DNA of 56,297 nt from NCBI GenBank assembly GCA_050942995.1, contig JBMNOI010000003.1:1-56297 (forward strand), given 5' to 3'. The notes beneath the pieces are model-generated. The model saw only the letters and a program-made list of their open reading frames with translations, was not told the origin of the DNA and did not search any database. Made by a program: the position numbers and the translations under genes. This stretch comes from Anaerolineae bacterium (GTDB taxonomy: Bacteria; Chloroflexota; Anaerolineae; UBA1429). Positions within the stretch are counted from its first letter, which is position 1, and every line of letters starts with the position of its first letter. Below, piece by piece: positions 43,237 through 53,285 of the stretch.

Positions 43237-43442
43237 AACTGGTACGAGTTGAAATCGATCGTACGCTGTGTAACGGATGCAATGTATGCGTGCACACCTG
43301 CCCGCGTGACGTGCTGGCTATCGACGGCGCCCAGTGGACGGGCGGATTCCATCCCGTCAAAGTTGCCGCCATCGGGCGTTGCACGGCTTGCCGTAACTGC
43401 GAAGCCCTTTGCCCCACCCACGCCATTCGGGTGGCGGTATAA
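43230..43442 (+). CDS. Small 2x[4Fe-4S] ferredoxin
   Basis: [12 protein letters not shown] and [12 protein letters not shown]; SD GGAGG; overlaps the etfA stop. Confidence 0.85.
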   Translation: MLKLVRVEIDRTLCNGCNVCVHTCPRDVLAIDGAQWTGGFHPVKVAAIGRCTACRNCEALCPTHAIRVAV

Positions 43443-43552
43443 CGAATCGCCTCAAAGCGCCCGGCTTTCGGGCATTCCGTCGGGCGACGGAACCCTTTTA
43501 TGTGTCCTCGGGCGAGATTGAGGCGACCTTGAGGAGCATATCTCTGTCTGCC

Positions 43553-44446
43553 ATGTCCGAATACAAGCTGGAACAGATCGAGCGGGTGCGCGATCTGCAC
43601 TACCATCGCACGCCTGCATTGCGTCTGCACACCGAAGAGGATGCGGAGCGTTTCGTCAACGAGGTCGGCTTTTGCTTTCTCTTTGGCGGCCAGGGAGCCG
43701 AGATCCCCACGCTCTGGGCGGCGGTATGCGGCGCCCGACGCGAGATGCCCAATACACATCATGACGCCGACATCGGCCGCACCTGGGCATGGAAAGACTC
43801 GTTGCCCGCCCGAGGGGCGATCTTTTATGGCAAGCTCTTGCGTAACAAACCGACCCTCGTATCGCTGTCGCTGCTGCCCTCCTTTTACGCTCTGTCGTCC
43901 AACTATGGCGATCCGGAGGATTACCTCGAGCAGTACGAGGACGGGTTGCTGAGCGTCGAGGCCAAGAATGTGTACGAGGTGCTGCTGAATGAGGGCGCCA
44001 TGGCCACCAGTCGGCTACGCCAGCTTGCCGGACTGGCCGGCGGCGGCGTCAACGCGCGGCGGTTCGATCGCGCCGTCGCCGAGTTGCAGACCGAGCTAAA
44101 AATCGCCAAGGTGGGCATCTCGGATGCCAACCGCTGGGGATACGCCTATGTGTACGACCTGTTTCTGCGCGCATTCCCCCAGGTGCCCGATGCGGCCCGC
44201 AAGATCAGCACCGACGAGGCCATGGAAACGCTACTGCTGCGCTACCTGCACAACGTGGTGGCGCATACGGCCGCCGGCACCTATCGGTTGTTTCGTTGGG
44301 AAAAGTGGGAATGGGATCGCCTGCTGGATCGGCTGGCCGACAAGGGCCTCATCCGGCGTAATGTGCGCATTCAGGGGCTGTCGGGAGATTGCCTGGCCAC
44401 GGCAGACCTGGATCGACTCGTCGAATCCTCGATCACCGAACGCTGA
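43553..44446 (+). CDS. AlkZ-related winged-helix protein (putative DNA-binding/repair)
   Basis: FVNEVGFCFLF, PTLW, WAWKD.LP, FYGKL..KPTLVS pattern recalled for AlkZ-like wHTH proteins; start set at ATG 43553. Confidence 0.55.
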   Translation: MSEYKLEQIERVRDLHYHRTPALRLHTEEDAERFVNEVGFCFLFGGQGAEIPTLWAAVCGARREMPNTHHDADIGRTWAWKDSLPARGAIFYGKLLRNKPTLVSLSLLPSFYALSSNYGDPEDYLEQYEDGLLSVEAKNVYEVLLNEGAMATSRLRQLAGLAGGGVNARRFDRAVAELQTELKIAKVGISDANRWGYAYVYDLFLRAFPQVPDAARKISTDEAMETLLLRYLHNVVAHTAAGTYRLFRWEKWEWDRLLDRLADKGLIRRNVRIQGLSGDCLATADLDRLVESSITER

Positions 44447-44457
44447 AGGAGAGCAAG

Positions 44458-45288
44458 ATGACAGAGCGGCATCTATCGGGCAAGGTGGCCTGGGTCACCG
44501 GGTCTTCGCGTGGCATCGGCCGGATCATTGCCACCCATCTGGCCTCCTGCGGGGCCCACGTCGTCGTGCAGGGCACCAGCCCCACCTCTACCCGAGCGTT
44601 CGGCGAAGCCGAATCGCTGGAGGCGGTGGCCGCCGAGATCTCACGCGAGCATGGGGTCGAAGTGTTGGCGGTATGGGGCGATCTGACCGATGAAAGCGTG
44701 GTACAGCGCATGGTCGGACAGATCAGAGAGCGTTTTGGGCGCATCGACATCTTGGTGAACTGTGCCGGGGGCGATATCGGCGCCCGTGGCGTCGAGGCGC
44801 CCAATGCCGGCAAGCCCGAGGGGAACGACGCCGTCCACATTTCGCTGGACGATATCCGCACCGTGCTCGACCGCAACCTGATGACCTGTATCCTCACCTG
44901 CCGGGAGGTAGCGCCCGAGATGATGGCCCGACGTTCGGGTTGGATCGTCAACATCGGCAGCATCGCCGGCCTCACCGGTAACGAGAAATCGGCCATCTAT
45001 TCGACCGCCAAGGCCGCCGTACACGAGTACTCGCGCTGCCTGGCCGTGATGATGCGCCCCTATAATGTTTATGTAAACGTCATCGCCCCGGGCGATACCC
45101 TCACCCCACGATTTGCCGCCAGCCGCGCGCTGGACGAAGAGATGATGGTGGAAGAGGGCACTCTGGTGCGCTATGGCCGCCCTATCGAGGTAGCCCGTGC
45201 CGTAGAGTTTTTGGTATCCGGCGGCGCCTCTTACATCACCGGGCAGGTACTCCGGGTAGACGGTGGGCGCCAGTGCTGGCCTGCGTGA
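44458..45288 (+). CDS. SDR family oxidoreductase
   Basis: TGSSRGIG, VNCAG, YSTAK, GQVLRVDGG. Confidence 0.92.
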   Translation: MTERHLSGKVAWVTGSSRGIGRIIATHLASCGAHVVVQGTSPTSTRAFGEAESLEAVAAEISREHGVEVLAVWGDLTDESVVQRMVGQIRERFGRIDILVNCAGGDIGARGVEAPNAGKPEGNDAVHISLDDIRTVLDRNLMTCILTCREVAPEMMARRSGWIVNIGSIAGLTGNEKSAIYSTAKAAVHEYSRCLAVMMRPYNVYVNVIAPGDTLTPRFAASRALDEEMMVEEGTLVRYGRPIEVARAVEFLVSGGASYITGQVLRVDGGRQCWPA

Positions 45289-45383
45289 CCGGGCGCCACA
45301 CGTGCCCGGCCCGCCCCCGCGACCCTGCGCGCCGTCGCGCGTATAGAAGATAAGAACAGATTGCGGAGGCACGGGAGGTGAGG

Positions 45384-45920
45384 ATGAGCGATATTCTGGG
45401 GATTTTCAAGCAGCGGGCCGAGGATCTCATCAACACCATCAACAGCAAAGGGGGGCTGCGCGCCACCATCGATAGCGTGCGCCGCCAAATGGCCGAGGCC
45501 GATCGCCGCCGCGCCATCAACCGTGCCCGAGACGAACTCGGGCGGCTGGATGTCCAGATCTCCGAGTTGATCACCGCCGTAGGGGTGCAGGCCGTGGGAT
45601 TGCACCGCGCCGGCCACCTGAACTCGCCAGAGCTCAACCCGCTATGCCAGCACATCGTCGAGCTGCAGACGGCGGTAGAGCAGCAGCGCGCCGAACTGGC
45701 CCAACTCGAGGCCAGAGAAAGCGTCGAGCCGCCCGATAGCGGCGGCCGGCAATGTGCCCGGTGCGGCCATGCCCTCACCACAGAGGTCAGCTTTTGCCCC
45801 TACTGCGGTGCCCCGCAAGAGCGCGAGGCGGCAAAATTCTGCCCCCATTGCGGCGCCCCTCTGCGTCCCGGCGCCCGCTTTTGCGCCCGATGCGGAAAGC
45901 CCATCGAAGGGACGGGCTAA
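45384..45920 (+). CDS. Coiled-coil plus double zinc-ribbon protein
   Basis: Four CxxC(G) motifs at the C-terminus; SD GGAGGTG. Confidence 0.8.
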   Translation: MSDILGIFKQRAEDLINTINSKGGLRATIDSVRRQMAEADRRRAINRARDELGRLDVQISELITAVGVQAVGLHRAGHLNSPELNPLCQHIVELQTAVEQQRAELAQLEARESVEPPDSGGRQCARCGHALTTEVSFCPYCGAPQEREAAKFCPHCGAPLRPGARFCARCGKPIEGTG

Positions 45921-45959
45921 AGGATACTCCGACCGTCCCTCACCAGGCTATGAAATCAA

Positions 45960-45997
45960 AACCCGCCTCGCCCGAATGTCCTGGGGCGAGGCGGGTT
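45960..45997. terminator. Hairpin between convergent genes
   Basis: AACCCGCCTCGCCC/GGGCGAGGCGGGTT inverted repeat. Confidence 0.65.
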
Positions 45998-46019
45998 CGC
46001 TATCTCCGTGCGGTGGCTC

Positions 46020-46871
46020 TCAACGCTTGCCGGCATACTCCATGAACTGGCGCAGCTCCTCGGCGCCCACTCTAAAGGCGTGCTCAGGGCCGGGATAGGT
46101 ACCGTCTTTGATCTCGGCCACGAACTGTCCCATGGCCTCGCGCAGCACCGCGCCCACCTGGGCATATTGTTTGGCGTGGCGTGGGGTGAACGCCTCGAAC
46201 ATGCCGATGACGTCATGCAGGATCTGGCATGAGCCGTTGCAATCCGCGCCCGAGCCGATGCTGATGGTGGGCACACTCAGCTTTTCGGTGATTACGGCGG
46301 CGATACGCGCCGGCACCAGTTCCAGCAGCACGGCGAATACACCGGCCTCCTCCAGCGCCAGAGCGTCCTCCAGCAGGTTGATGGCCGTATCGGCGCTGCG
46401 GCCCTGCACCTTGTAGCCACCGATGGCCGAGGCGCTCTGCGGCGTCAGCCCCAGATGGCCCATCACCGGAATGCCGGCGCCGACGATGCCCTTGACGGCG
46501 GGCACCATGCTGCGGCCGCCCTCCAGCTTGACGCCGTCTACTCGCCCCTCGGCCATGAGTCGCCCGGCATTGCGGATCGCCTCGGACACCGAGACCTGGT
46601 ACGACATGTAGGGCATATCGCCCAACACAAAGGCCCGCTCGCACCCCCGAGAGACGGCCTGGCAGAACAGCGTCATCATATCCATAGTCGCCGGGAGGGT
46701 ATCCGGATGTCCCAGCACCGTCATGGCGACCGAATCGCCCACCAGCACGATATCTACACCGGCCTGGTCGATGATGCGCGCCGTGGGATAGTCGTAACAG
46801 GTGATCATGCTCAGCGGCTCGTTATTGCTCACTTTTTCCAGCAGATCGGGTATTGTCAATTTGGCGGCCAA
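46020..46871 (-). CDS. panB: 3-methyl-2-oxobutanoate hydroxymethyltransferase
   Basis: MITCYD, LVGDS, DMPYMSY, VKLEGG, GHLGLTPQ, YKVQGR. Confidence 0.95.
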   Translation of the reverse strand: MAAKLTIPDLLEKVSNNEPLSMITCYDYPTARIIDQAGVDIVLVGDSVAMTVLGHPDTLPATMDMMTLFCQAVSRGCERAFVLGDMPYMSYQVSVSEAIRNAGRLMAEGRVDGVKLEGGRSMVPAVKGIVGAGIPVMGHLGLTPQSASAIGGYKVQGRSADTAINLLEDALALEEAGVFAVLLELVPARIAAVITEKLSVPTISIGSGADCNGSCQILHDVIGMFEAFTPRHAKQYAQVGAVLREAMGQFVAEIKDGTYPGPEHAFRVGAEELRQFMEYAGKR

Positions 46872-46963
46872 CGCTCTGTACCTCGCTTTCTCTTGAGAGT
46901 GCCCGTATTATGCGAAGTGGGCGAAATCGTGTCAATACGCCCCTATGCGGAAGATGATGCCCC

Positions 46964-48166
46964 CTATCGCCAGGCCGCCACGATCTTTTTCGCCGCGGTC
47001 ACAATGTCGTCCATATCGGCCTGGTCGCCCAAGAACACGCTTTGGGGCAGCCAGAGGCCGCGGATGCACACCTCCTCACACACCGGGCAGTCCCCCGGCT
47101 CTTCGGCCGGAAGCCCCAGCCTCCGGCGGATCTCGGCCGAGTGTTCGACCACCACCGGATGGCGGTTCAACGGAATCGGATAACCCACCGTCATGGGGAT
47201 GCCCTCGGCACGCATGGCCGCGGCAAACTCTGCAGCCGAATGCTCGCCCACACGTTCGGGCTGATACCAGATCTTGAACAGATGGTAGGCGTTCCGCGTC
47301 ACCCGATGATCGGTCCGGGCCGGCACCAGGCCGTCCACATCGCTCAGCGCCTCGGCCAGATAGGCGGCATTGCGCACCCGCGTCTCGGTTTGCTCGTCGA
47401 TGCGAGTGAGTTGCACCCGCAACACCGCCGCCGCCCACTCGGAGAGGCGATAGTTACTGGCCAGCCCCACATGATGATACCAGGCGCCCTCTCGTTCTCG
47501 CCCCACATTCACCACCGACCAGCACCTGTCCGCCCAGGATTCGTCGTTGGTGAGGATCATGCCCCCCTCACCACCGGTAATATTCTTGCTGGCCTGAAAG
47601 CTGAAGCAGCCCATATCGCCGATGGCGCCCACCTTTTTTCCCCGCCATGTCGCCCCATGGGCCTGGCAGGCGTCCTCGATCACCACCAGATTGTGCCGTC
47701 GGGCGATATCGATGATGGCGTCCATATCGGCGGGCTCTCCCCCCAGATGCACCGGAATGATTGCTTTGGTGCGCGGGCCGATGGCCGCCTCGATCATCTC
47801 CGGGTCTATATTCCACGTCTCTGGACGCAGGTCCACAAAGCGCGGGATGGCGCCCACCAGCAGGCACGCATTGGCCGTGGCGATAAAGGTATAGGGCGTG
47901 GTGATGACCTCGTCGCCCCAGCCGATACCGGCGGCGCGCAGGCACACCTCCAGCGCGGCGCTGCCGTTGGTCACCGCCACACCATACCGGGCATCGTGAT
48001 AGGCGGCGAATTCATCCTGCAACGCGTTGACCTCGGTCCCCTCCATCGACCACCAGCGGCCTGAATGCAATACCCGCAAGAGCGCGTCTTCCTCCCCTTT
48101 GTCCCACTGCGGCCAGGAAGGATAGGGTCGAGTGCGTACCGGGGTGCCACCGTTGATTGCCAGCAT
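46964..48166 (-). CDS. DegT/DnrJ/EryC1/StrS family PLP aminotransferase (AHBA synthase-like)
   Basis: LAINGG, NGSAAL, EDACQAHG, FSFQASKNITGGEGG; start at ATG 48166 behind AGGAGG. Confidence 0.9.
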   Translation of the reverse strand: MLAINGGTPVRTRPYPSWPQWDKGEEDALLRVLHSGRWWSMEGTEVNALQDEFAAYHDARYGVAVTNGSAALEVCLRAAGIGWGDEVITTPYTFIATANACLLVGAIPRFVDLRPETWNIDPEMIEAAIGPRTKAIIPVHLGGEPADMDAIIDIARRHNLVVIEDACQAHGATWRGKKVGAIGDMGCFSFQASKNITGGEGGMILTNDESWADRCWSVVNVGREREGAWYHHVGLASNYRLSEWAAAVLRVQLTRIDEQTETRVRNAAYLAEALSDVDGLVPARTDHRVTRNAYHLFKIWYQPERVGEHSAAEFAAAMRAEGIPMTVGYPIPLNRHPVVVEHSAEIRRRLGLPAEEPGDCPVCEEVCIRGLWLPQSVFLGDQADMDDIVTAAKKIVAAWR

Positions 48167-48307
48167 GTCAACCTCCTCGGCATGATGCTCGAGCCTAGTG
48201 TAAGTGAGAAGACACGGGGGAGTCAACCGCCTCACCGGCTTGTCGCCAGAGGGATTATGGCGATAGAATCAATCGTATCATATCCAGATCAGATGGAGGC
48301 CGGCATC

Positions 48308-49330
48308 ATGAAGGTTTTGGTCACAGGGGGAACGGGCAACGTCGGTCGGGCGGCGGTCGAGCGGCTGGTCCGTCATGGGCACACGGTGCGCGTCATCGGA
48401 CGACGCGCCAACACGGTGATCGAGGGCGCCGAATATCGGCAATGCGACGTGACCGATCTTGACGAATTGATCCGCGTAATGGACGGGATAGAGGCGGTCG
48501 TCCATCTGGCCGCCATCCCTCACCCATCCAAAGGCTCGGGACCGGAGATATTTCACATCAACTGCGACGGCACATACCATGTCTATGAAGCCGCCGCCAT
48601 ACACGGCATCCGACGGGTGGTAACGGCCAGCTCGATCAACGCGTTCGGGTACAACTTTGGCATCAAAAACTTTGATCTGCTCTACTTTCCCGTCGACGAG
48701 GAACATCCTGCCTGCACCACCGATCCCTACTCCTTCTCCAAGCAGGTGACCGAGGCCATCGCCGACTATTACTGGCGGCGCGAGGGGATCTCGGGCGTGT
48801 GCCTGCGCCTGCCGGCCGTATACGAGGTGAATGCCGGAGGAGAAACATATTTTTACCGATTCGCCGACAACGTCGCCCGGGGCGTGGCCAGACTGCTGGA
48901 TCTACCCGACACAGAGCGGCGCAAGCGGGCGGACGATCTCATCCGCCGCTTTGAGGCGCTTCGTGTCGAGCGGGCATGGGAACGTCCCGGCGGGGGAAGA
49001 AGCCCTTACGATGATCTGGATGCCGCGCTGATGTTCGGCCGCTCCAACTTTTGGACCAGCATCGACGCGCGTGATTCGGCTCAGGCCATCGAGAAGGCGC
49101 TCCTGGCCGGCTATACCGGGAGCCACCCGCTGTTCGTAAACGACCGGTACAATATGGTGGGCGTCGATTCGGAGACGTTGCTGAATCTGTTCTTCCCCGA
49201 GGTCGAGGGGCGAAAGAAAAGCCTTCAGGGGGACGAGACGCTGGTCAGCATCGACAAAGCACGGGCGCTCATCGGCTACGAGCCGGAACATTCGCTTCCT
49301 ACCGGGGATCTGTTTCCAAAACGCCGTTGA
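48308..49330 (+). CDS. NAD-dependent epimerase/dehydratase family protein
   Basis: VTGGTGNVG, HLAA, ASSINA, YSFSK; start at ATG 48308 behind GGAGG. Confidence 0.88.
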   Translation: MKVLVTGGTGNVGRAAVERLVRHGHTVRVIGRRANTVIEGAEYRQCDVTDLDELIRVMDGIEAVVHLAAIPHPSKGSGPEIFHINCDGTYHVYEAAAIHGIRRVVTASSINAFGYNFGIKNFDLLYFPVDEEHPACTTDPYSFSKQVTEAIADYYWRREGISGVCLRLPAVYEVNAGGETYFYRFADNVARGVARLLDLPDTERRKRADDLIRRFEALRVERAWERPGGGRSPYDDLDAALMFGRSNFWTSIDARDSAQAIEKALLAGYTGSHPLFVNDRYNMVGVDSETLLNLFFPEVEGRKKSLQGDETLVSIDKARALIGYEPEHSLPTGDLFPKRR

Positions 49331-49341
49331 GCAGGGCGGGG

Positions 49342-49410
49342 AAAAAGCGAGCGATCTCGCCCACGTTGCTTGGGATACCTGGGGGGGAGAGCAACGCGGG
49401 CGAGACCTCT
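49342..49410 (-). ncRNA. Candidate ~70-nt hairpin sRNA with a C-rich loop
   Basis: TGcTAAAAT at 49417-49425; 16-bp stem with a G-U pair on the minus strand; TTTTT tail. Confidence 0.35.
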
Positions 49411-49521
49411 AGCTCTATTTTAGCACATTTTTCCTCTTGTTATGTTACAAAACTATTAGAGTTTTCATGAAAACGAGGGCGAAAATCGAAAAATGTGCGG
49501 TGCATAGATCCATCGATTCAC

Positions 49522-49558
49522 AAAAAACGAGGAGGGGCATCATCCATCCCCTCCTCGC
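49522..49558 (-). terminator. Terminator of the PFK gene
   Basis: CGAGGAGGGG/CCCCTCCTCG hairpin followed by TTTTTT on the minus strand. Confidence 0.7.
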
Positions 49559-49580
49559 TTCTTTTCATCCGGGCAAGGAA

Positions 49581-50798
49581 CTAGTGCACGCGCTCTGATA
49601 CCAGATGCCGCTCTAGGCGACCGTACGACACGAGCGGCCCACCGATGAGCGGCCGGGCATACTTGATAAACTCTTCCGTCACATCGTTGCCGGAAGGTGC
49701 AATCATGTCGGACGGGAGCATGTGCTCGCGGTTAGCGACCTTTTCGAGGGGAGCCAATCCCGTGGTGCACCGATACTCATCTCCCGGCTCGCGCACCAGC
49801 GTAACCATCTTGTTGCTCACACCCGCCAAAGCGGCCCGCACGGCGGCACGGCCCACTTCATACGCCTCTTCGCGATCCACAGGCGACATCAGCTCGGCGA
49901 AAGAGCGCTGCATATAACCGGGCTTGTCAAAGCGGGCGGTAAAGCCCAGATGCTCTTTGATGGCGTCGGCGATCACATCCACCACGCCGCTCTTGCGCGC
50001 ATGGCCAAAGGCATCCACCTCGACCGGCTTGCCGTTGGACCGCGCCAGCTCTTCGCCATCCGGCCCGGTCAACCCCTCGCTGACGGCAGCGACACAGAAG
50101 CCATACTTCTCGTAGCAGTTCTGAACATCTGCCACAATCTGCTCCAGCGTGACACCACGCTCGGGCACGTAGATCAGATGCGGCGGATCCCCCTCCCGCT
50201 CGCGGGCCAGCGCCGTCGCCGCTGCAAGCCATCCGGCGTTACGGCCCATCACCTCCACCAGCTTGATGGGGCCGCTGTCCCCCATAGACCAGGTGTCGAG
50301 GCCGGTATTGCGAAGGCCGGCGGCCACAAAACGCGCCGCGCTGCCATAGCCGGGGCAGTGATCGGTTTCGGCCAGATCGTTGTCGATCGTCTTGGGCACA
50401 CCGATCGCATACATCTCATAGCCCAGCTTTTCGGCGGCCAGATGAATCTTGTGCGAGGTATCCATCGAATCGTTGCCACCGATGTAGAAAAAGTAGCGAA
50501 CGTTAAAGCGCTTGAACACCTCGATCAGTCGCGGATAGTCCTCTTCAGTCACCTTGTAGCGCACGGTGCCCAGCGCCGAAGCGGGGGTGTTGCGTAACAA
50601 TTCCAAAGTCTGCGGCGATTCTTTGCGCAGGTCCATGAACTCGGCGTTCAGAACACCCCGAATACCGTGCACCATCCCGAAAATGTCGTCGATCTCGGCA
50701 TGGGCCATAGCCTCATGGATGACGCCCACCAGCGAGTTGTTGATCACAGCGGTGGGTCCACCCGACTGACCGACGACCAGGTTTCCTCTTACAGCCAT
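49581..50798 (-). CDS. pfp: 6-phosphofructokinase, probably PPi-dependent
   Basis: QSGGPTAVIN; GGNDS (Asp at the donor-specificity position) and PKTIDND (Lys), the PPi-type signature; MGRNAGW. Confidence 0.85.
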   Translation of the reverse strand: MAVRGNLVVGQSGGPTAVINNSLVGVIHEAMAHAEIDDIFGMVHGIRGVLNAEFMDLRKESPQTLELLRNTPASALGTVRYKVTEEDYPRLIEVFKRFNVRYFFYIGGNDSMDTSHKIHLAAEKLGYEMYAIGVPKTIDNDLAETDHCPGYGSAARFVAAGLRNTGLDTWSMGDSGPIKLVEVMGRNAGWLAAATALAREREGDPPHLIYVPERGVTLEQIVADVQNCYEKYGFCVAAVSEGLTGPDGEELARSNGKPVEVDAFGHARKSGVVDVIADAIKEHLGFTARFDKPGYMQRSFAELMSPVDREEAYEVGRAAVRAALAGVSNKMVTLVREPGDEYRCTTGLAPLEKVANREHMLPSDMIAPSGNDVTEEFIKYARPLIGGPLVSYGRLERHLVSERVH

Positions 50799-50944
50799 TA
50801 CTCCCTCCCCATGAGTGGTGCGATATGGTGGTGTGATGTTTCAGGCGACTTCCCATCCCGTAATATAAGGAAAATGTAACGTTTCGGCAACTGCGCCCCT
50901 CCCAAACAGCGCTGCGGCGCGACAACGCCGCCCCTCGCAATAGA

Positions 50945-50991
50945 AAAACGCCCCGCTTGCCCCGTTCCACGAAATGGAACAAGCGGGGCGC
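50945..50991 (-). terminator. Terminator after the alpha/beta hydrolase
   Basis: CGCCCCGCTTG...CAAGCGGGGCG hairpin followed by TTTTT on the minus strand. Confidence 0.7.
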
Positions 50992-51007
50992 TATACGCGC
51001 GAAAAGA

Positions 51008-51847
51008 TCAGTTGTCGACAACCATGACCTCGTCCACAAAGCGATCCACCTCTCGCTCGTAAATCGGGTTCCCTCGATCGCTGTCGTGACCACATCCGGG
51101 GGAGAGCACCAGACGCGCATTGCGCAGCGTAGCGGCCATCTCACGCTGGGCCTCGGCCGGTACAATGCGATCGTCCTCACCGCCGATAACCAGCGCCGGA
51201 CAGGTGATATAGGGCAGGATAGAGCGGGCATCGGCCCGAAGCAACTCTTGTATCAAACGGGTCATGCGCGTCCGGGCGTACGGCTGGGGTCGAACAAAGA
51301 GTCCCAGAAGCGGACGAAGCAGTCGATACAGCCAGAGCCGCCAGCCACTGCATGTATATGAGATGCTGCTCCAGATCAGATCCTTCCAGCGCTCCTCGGC
51401 AACCAACTCCAGCCACTCTTCGGCCACGGCCCGGCCGGCCTCGTTCATATAGGCCGCCGTCGATGTGAGGATCAGGCCGCGCACCAGGTTGCGCCCCTTG
51501 ATCGCCGCCCACAGAGCGATAAACCCACCGGCCGAGATGCCCTCCCATACCGAGGGCCCCCAATTCAGCTTGTTCACCGCCCACAACATATCCATCGCAT
51601 GCCGATCGACGCCGAAACGCTCCGGGATGGGCTCGCGCCGGCCGATGATGAGCAGGCGATACTTGTCGAGGCGTTTGTAATAGGATCGGGCCAGGCTGGC
51701 GGCCGAGTCGCCCACCGTAGAGAGGCCGTCGTTAGCGCCCGGGATCACCACCATGGGCACCGAACCCTCGCCCATGATGACATAGTCGATACGGGCACCG
51801 TCCACCGTCGTCAGAGAACCCCGCGTGTATTTTGGTGTAAATCGCAT
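51008..51847 (-). CDS. Alpha/beta fold hydrolase
   Basis: GISAGG nucleophile, GEDDRIV acid, GCGH His. Confidence 0.88.
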   Translation of the reverse strand: MRFTPKYTRGSLTTVDGARIDYVIMGEGSVPMVVIPGANDGLSTVGDSAASLARSYYKRLDKYRLLIIGRREPIPERFGVDRHAMDMLWAVNKLNWGPSVWEGISAGGFIALWAAIKGRNLVRGLILTSTAAYMNEAGRAVAEEWLELVAEERWKDLIWSSISYTCSGWRLWLYRLLRPLLGLFVRPQPYARTRMTRLIQELLRADARSILPYITCPALVIGGEDDRIVPAEAQREMAATLRNARLVLSPGCGHDSDRGNPIYEREVDRFVDEVMVVDN

Positions 51848-51896
51848 GAGGGCATCCTCCTTTATGAAGCGCCGAACATGATCGATTACACGATAG

Positions 51897-53285
51897 CTAA
51901 AACAAGTCCGCGTCTGTTTCGTCCGACAGCACCTGGTCGAGCGCCGGACCGGCGCTGCGCATCAAGTCGTCCAGCGATGCCGACGCGCCCCGGACCCGGG
52001 CAATGATAGCCCGCAGCGCCTCTCCGGTGTGCGCCTCGAACCGTAGCGTGATGAGCGGCTCGGTGACCGAGACGCGCGCCAGCGCCCATCCCTCGTCAAA
52101 ACGCACACGCACACCGTCCAGTGTATCGATGGGAAATCGGGCCAGACCCTGACGCAATTCGTCCAGTATACGCCGGGCCGCATCGAGTGGGCACGGGATC
52201 CGCAGATCGGGCGTGCCGGGATATTCGGGCACTGTGTCCATGGCCGCCCCCAGCGTCGCGCCCGCCTCATCCAGAATGCGCAACATCAACAGTATGGCGT
52301 ATAACGCGTCATCGCCGCCCGTCTCGCGAAAGAAATAGTGCCCGCTGACCTCGCCGCCCAGCACAGCGTCCTCGGTCAACAGCCGCCGCTTGATGAACGC
52401 GTGGCCCGAGCGCTCTATCAGCGCACGTCCGCCTGCGGTCCGGATGGCTTCGGGCACAACGGACGAGGATTTGAGGTCGTACACCACAGCCGCCCCCGGG
52501 AACTGCCGTAGCAGATGGCGGATCATCAGCACCAGCAGGCGGTCGGCCGGCTGCACCCGTCCCCCTTCATCGACGAATATGACCCGATCGCCGTCCCCGT
52601 CAAAGGCGATACCCAGTTCGGCACCCGACTCGCGCACCCGGCGACGCAGATCCTCGAGGTGGGCCGGCACAGCCGGGTTGGGATCGCGCCCGGGAAAAGT
52701 GCCGTCGGGCACACAGTGAATCTCATCGACATGATGCCCCAGACGGCGTAACACATTCGGCGCCGTCTGCCACATCGCCCCGTTGCCGGCATCTACCACT
52801 ACATGCCGGGGGTGTTGTCCGGAAAAGGCATCGCACAGCAGCACCTCATAGGCCGGCAATATATCGGCCGTTCGACGGTTCCCCTGCCCCTCGGCCAGAT
52901 CATCGCGTTGCATCTCCCGGGCCAGCTCCTGCAGTTCCTCCGGCTCGATCGGTAGAGCGCCCAGCATCAGTTTAAAGCCGTTATAACGCGCCGGGTTATG
53001 CGACGCCGTGACCATCACGCCCGCCGATATGCCCAGCGCCCGCATGGCATAATAAAAGGCCGGCGTGGGCACCGTGCCCACATCCACCACGTGCGCGCCG
53101 CCGCGCAACAGGCCGAGGATCAACGCCTCTTTGAGCGCGGGGGTGCTGATGCGCAGGTCGCCGCCCACCACCACCTCGCGACTCTGCATACGCGCTCCTA
53201 CAGCGCGCCCCAGCCGATGGGCGGTCTCCTTGTCCAGTTCACTGCCGTACACGCCGCGAATATCGCACGTCTTGAATATCGTCAT
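51897..53285 (-). CDS. Phosphomannomutase/phosphoglucomutase
   Basis: DIRGVYG, TASHNP, FDGDGDR, GEVSGH. Confidence 0.93.
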   Translation of the reverse strand: MTIFKTCDIRGVYGSELDKETAHRLGRAVGARMQSREVVVGGDLRISTPALKEALILGLLRGGAHVVDVGTVPTPAFYYAMRALGISAGVMVTASHNPARYNGFKLMLGALPIEPEELQELAREMQRDDLAEGQGNRRTADILPAYEVLLCDAFSGQHPRHVVVDAGNGAMWQTAPNVLRRLGHHVDEIHCVPDGTFPGRDPNPAVPAHLEDLRRRVRESGAELGIAFDGDGDRVIFVDEGGRVQPADRLLVLMIRHLLRQFPGAAVVYDLKSSSVVPEAIRTAGGRALIERSGHAFIKRRLLTEDAVLGGEVSGHYFFRETGGDDALYAILLMLRILDEAGATLGAAMDTVPEYPGTPDLRIPCPLDAARRILDELRQGLARFPIDTLDGVRVRFDEGWALARVSVTEPLITLRFEAHTGEALRAIIARVRGASASLDDLMRSAGPALDQVLSDETDADLF

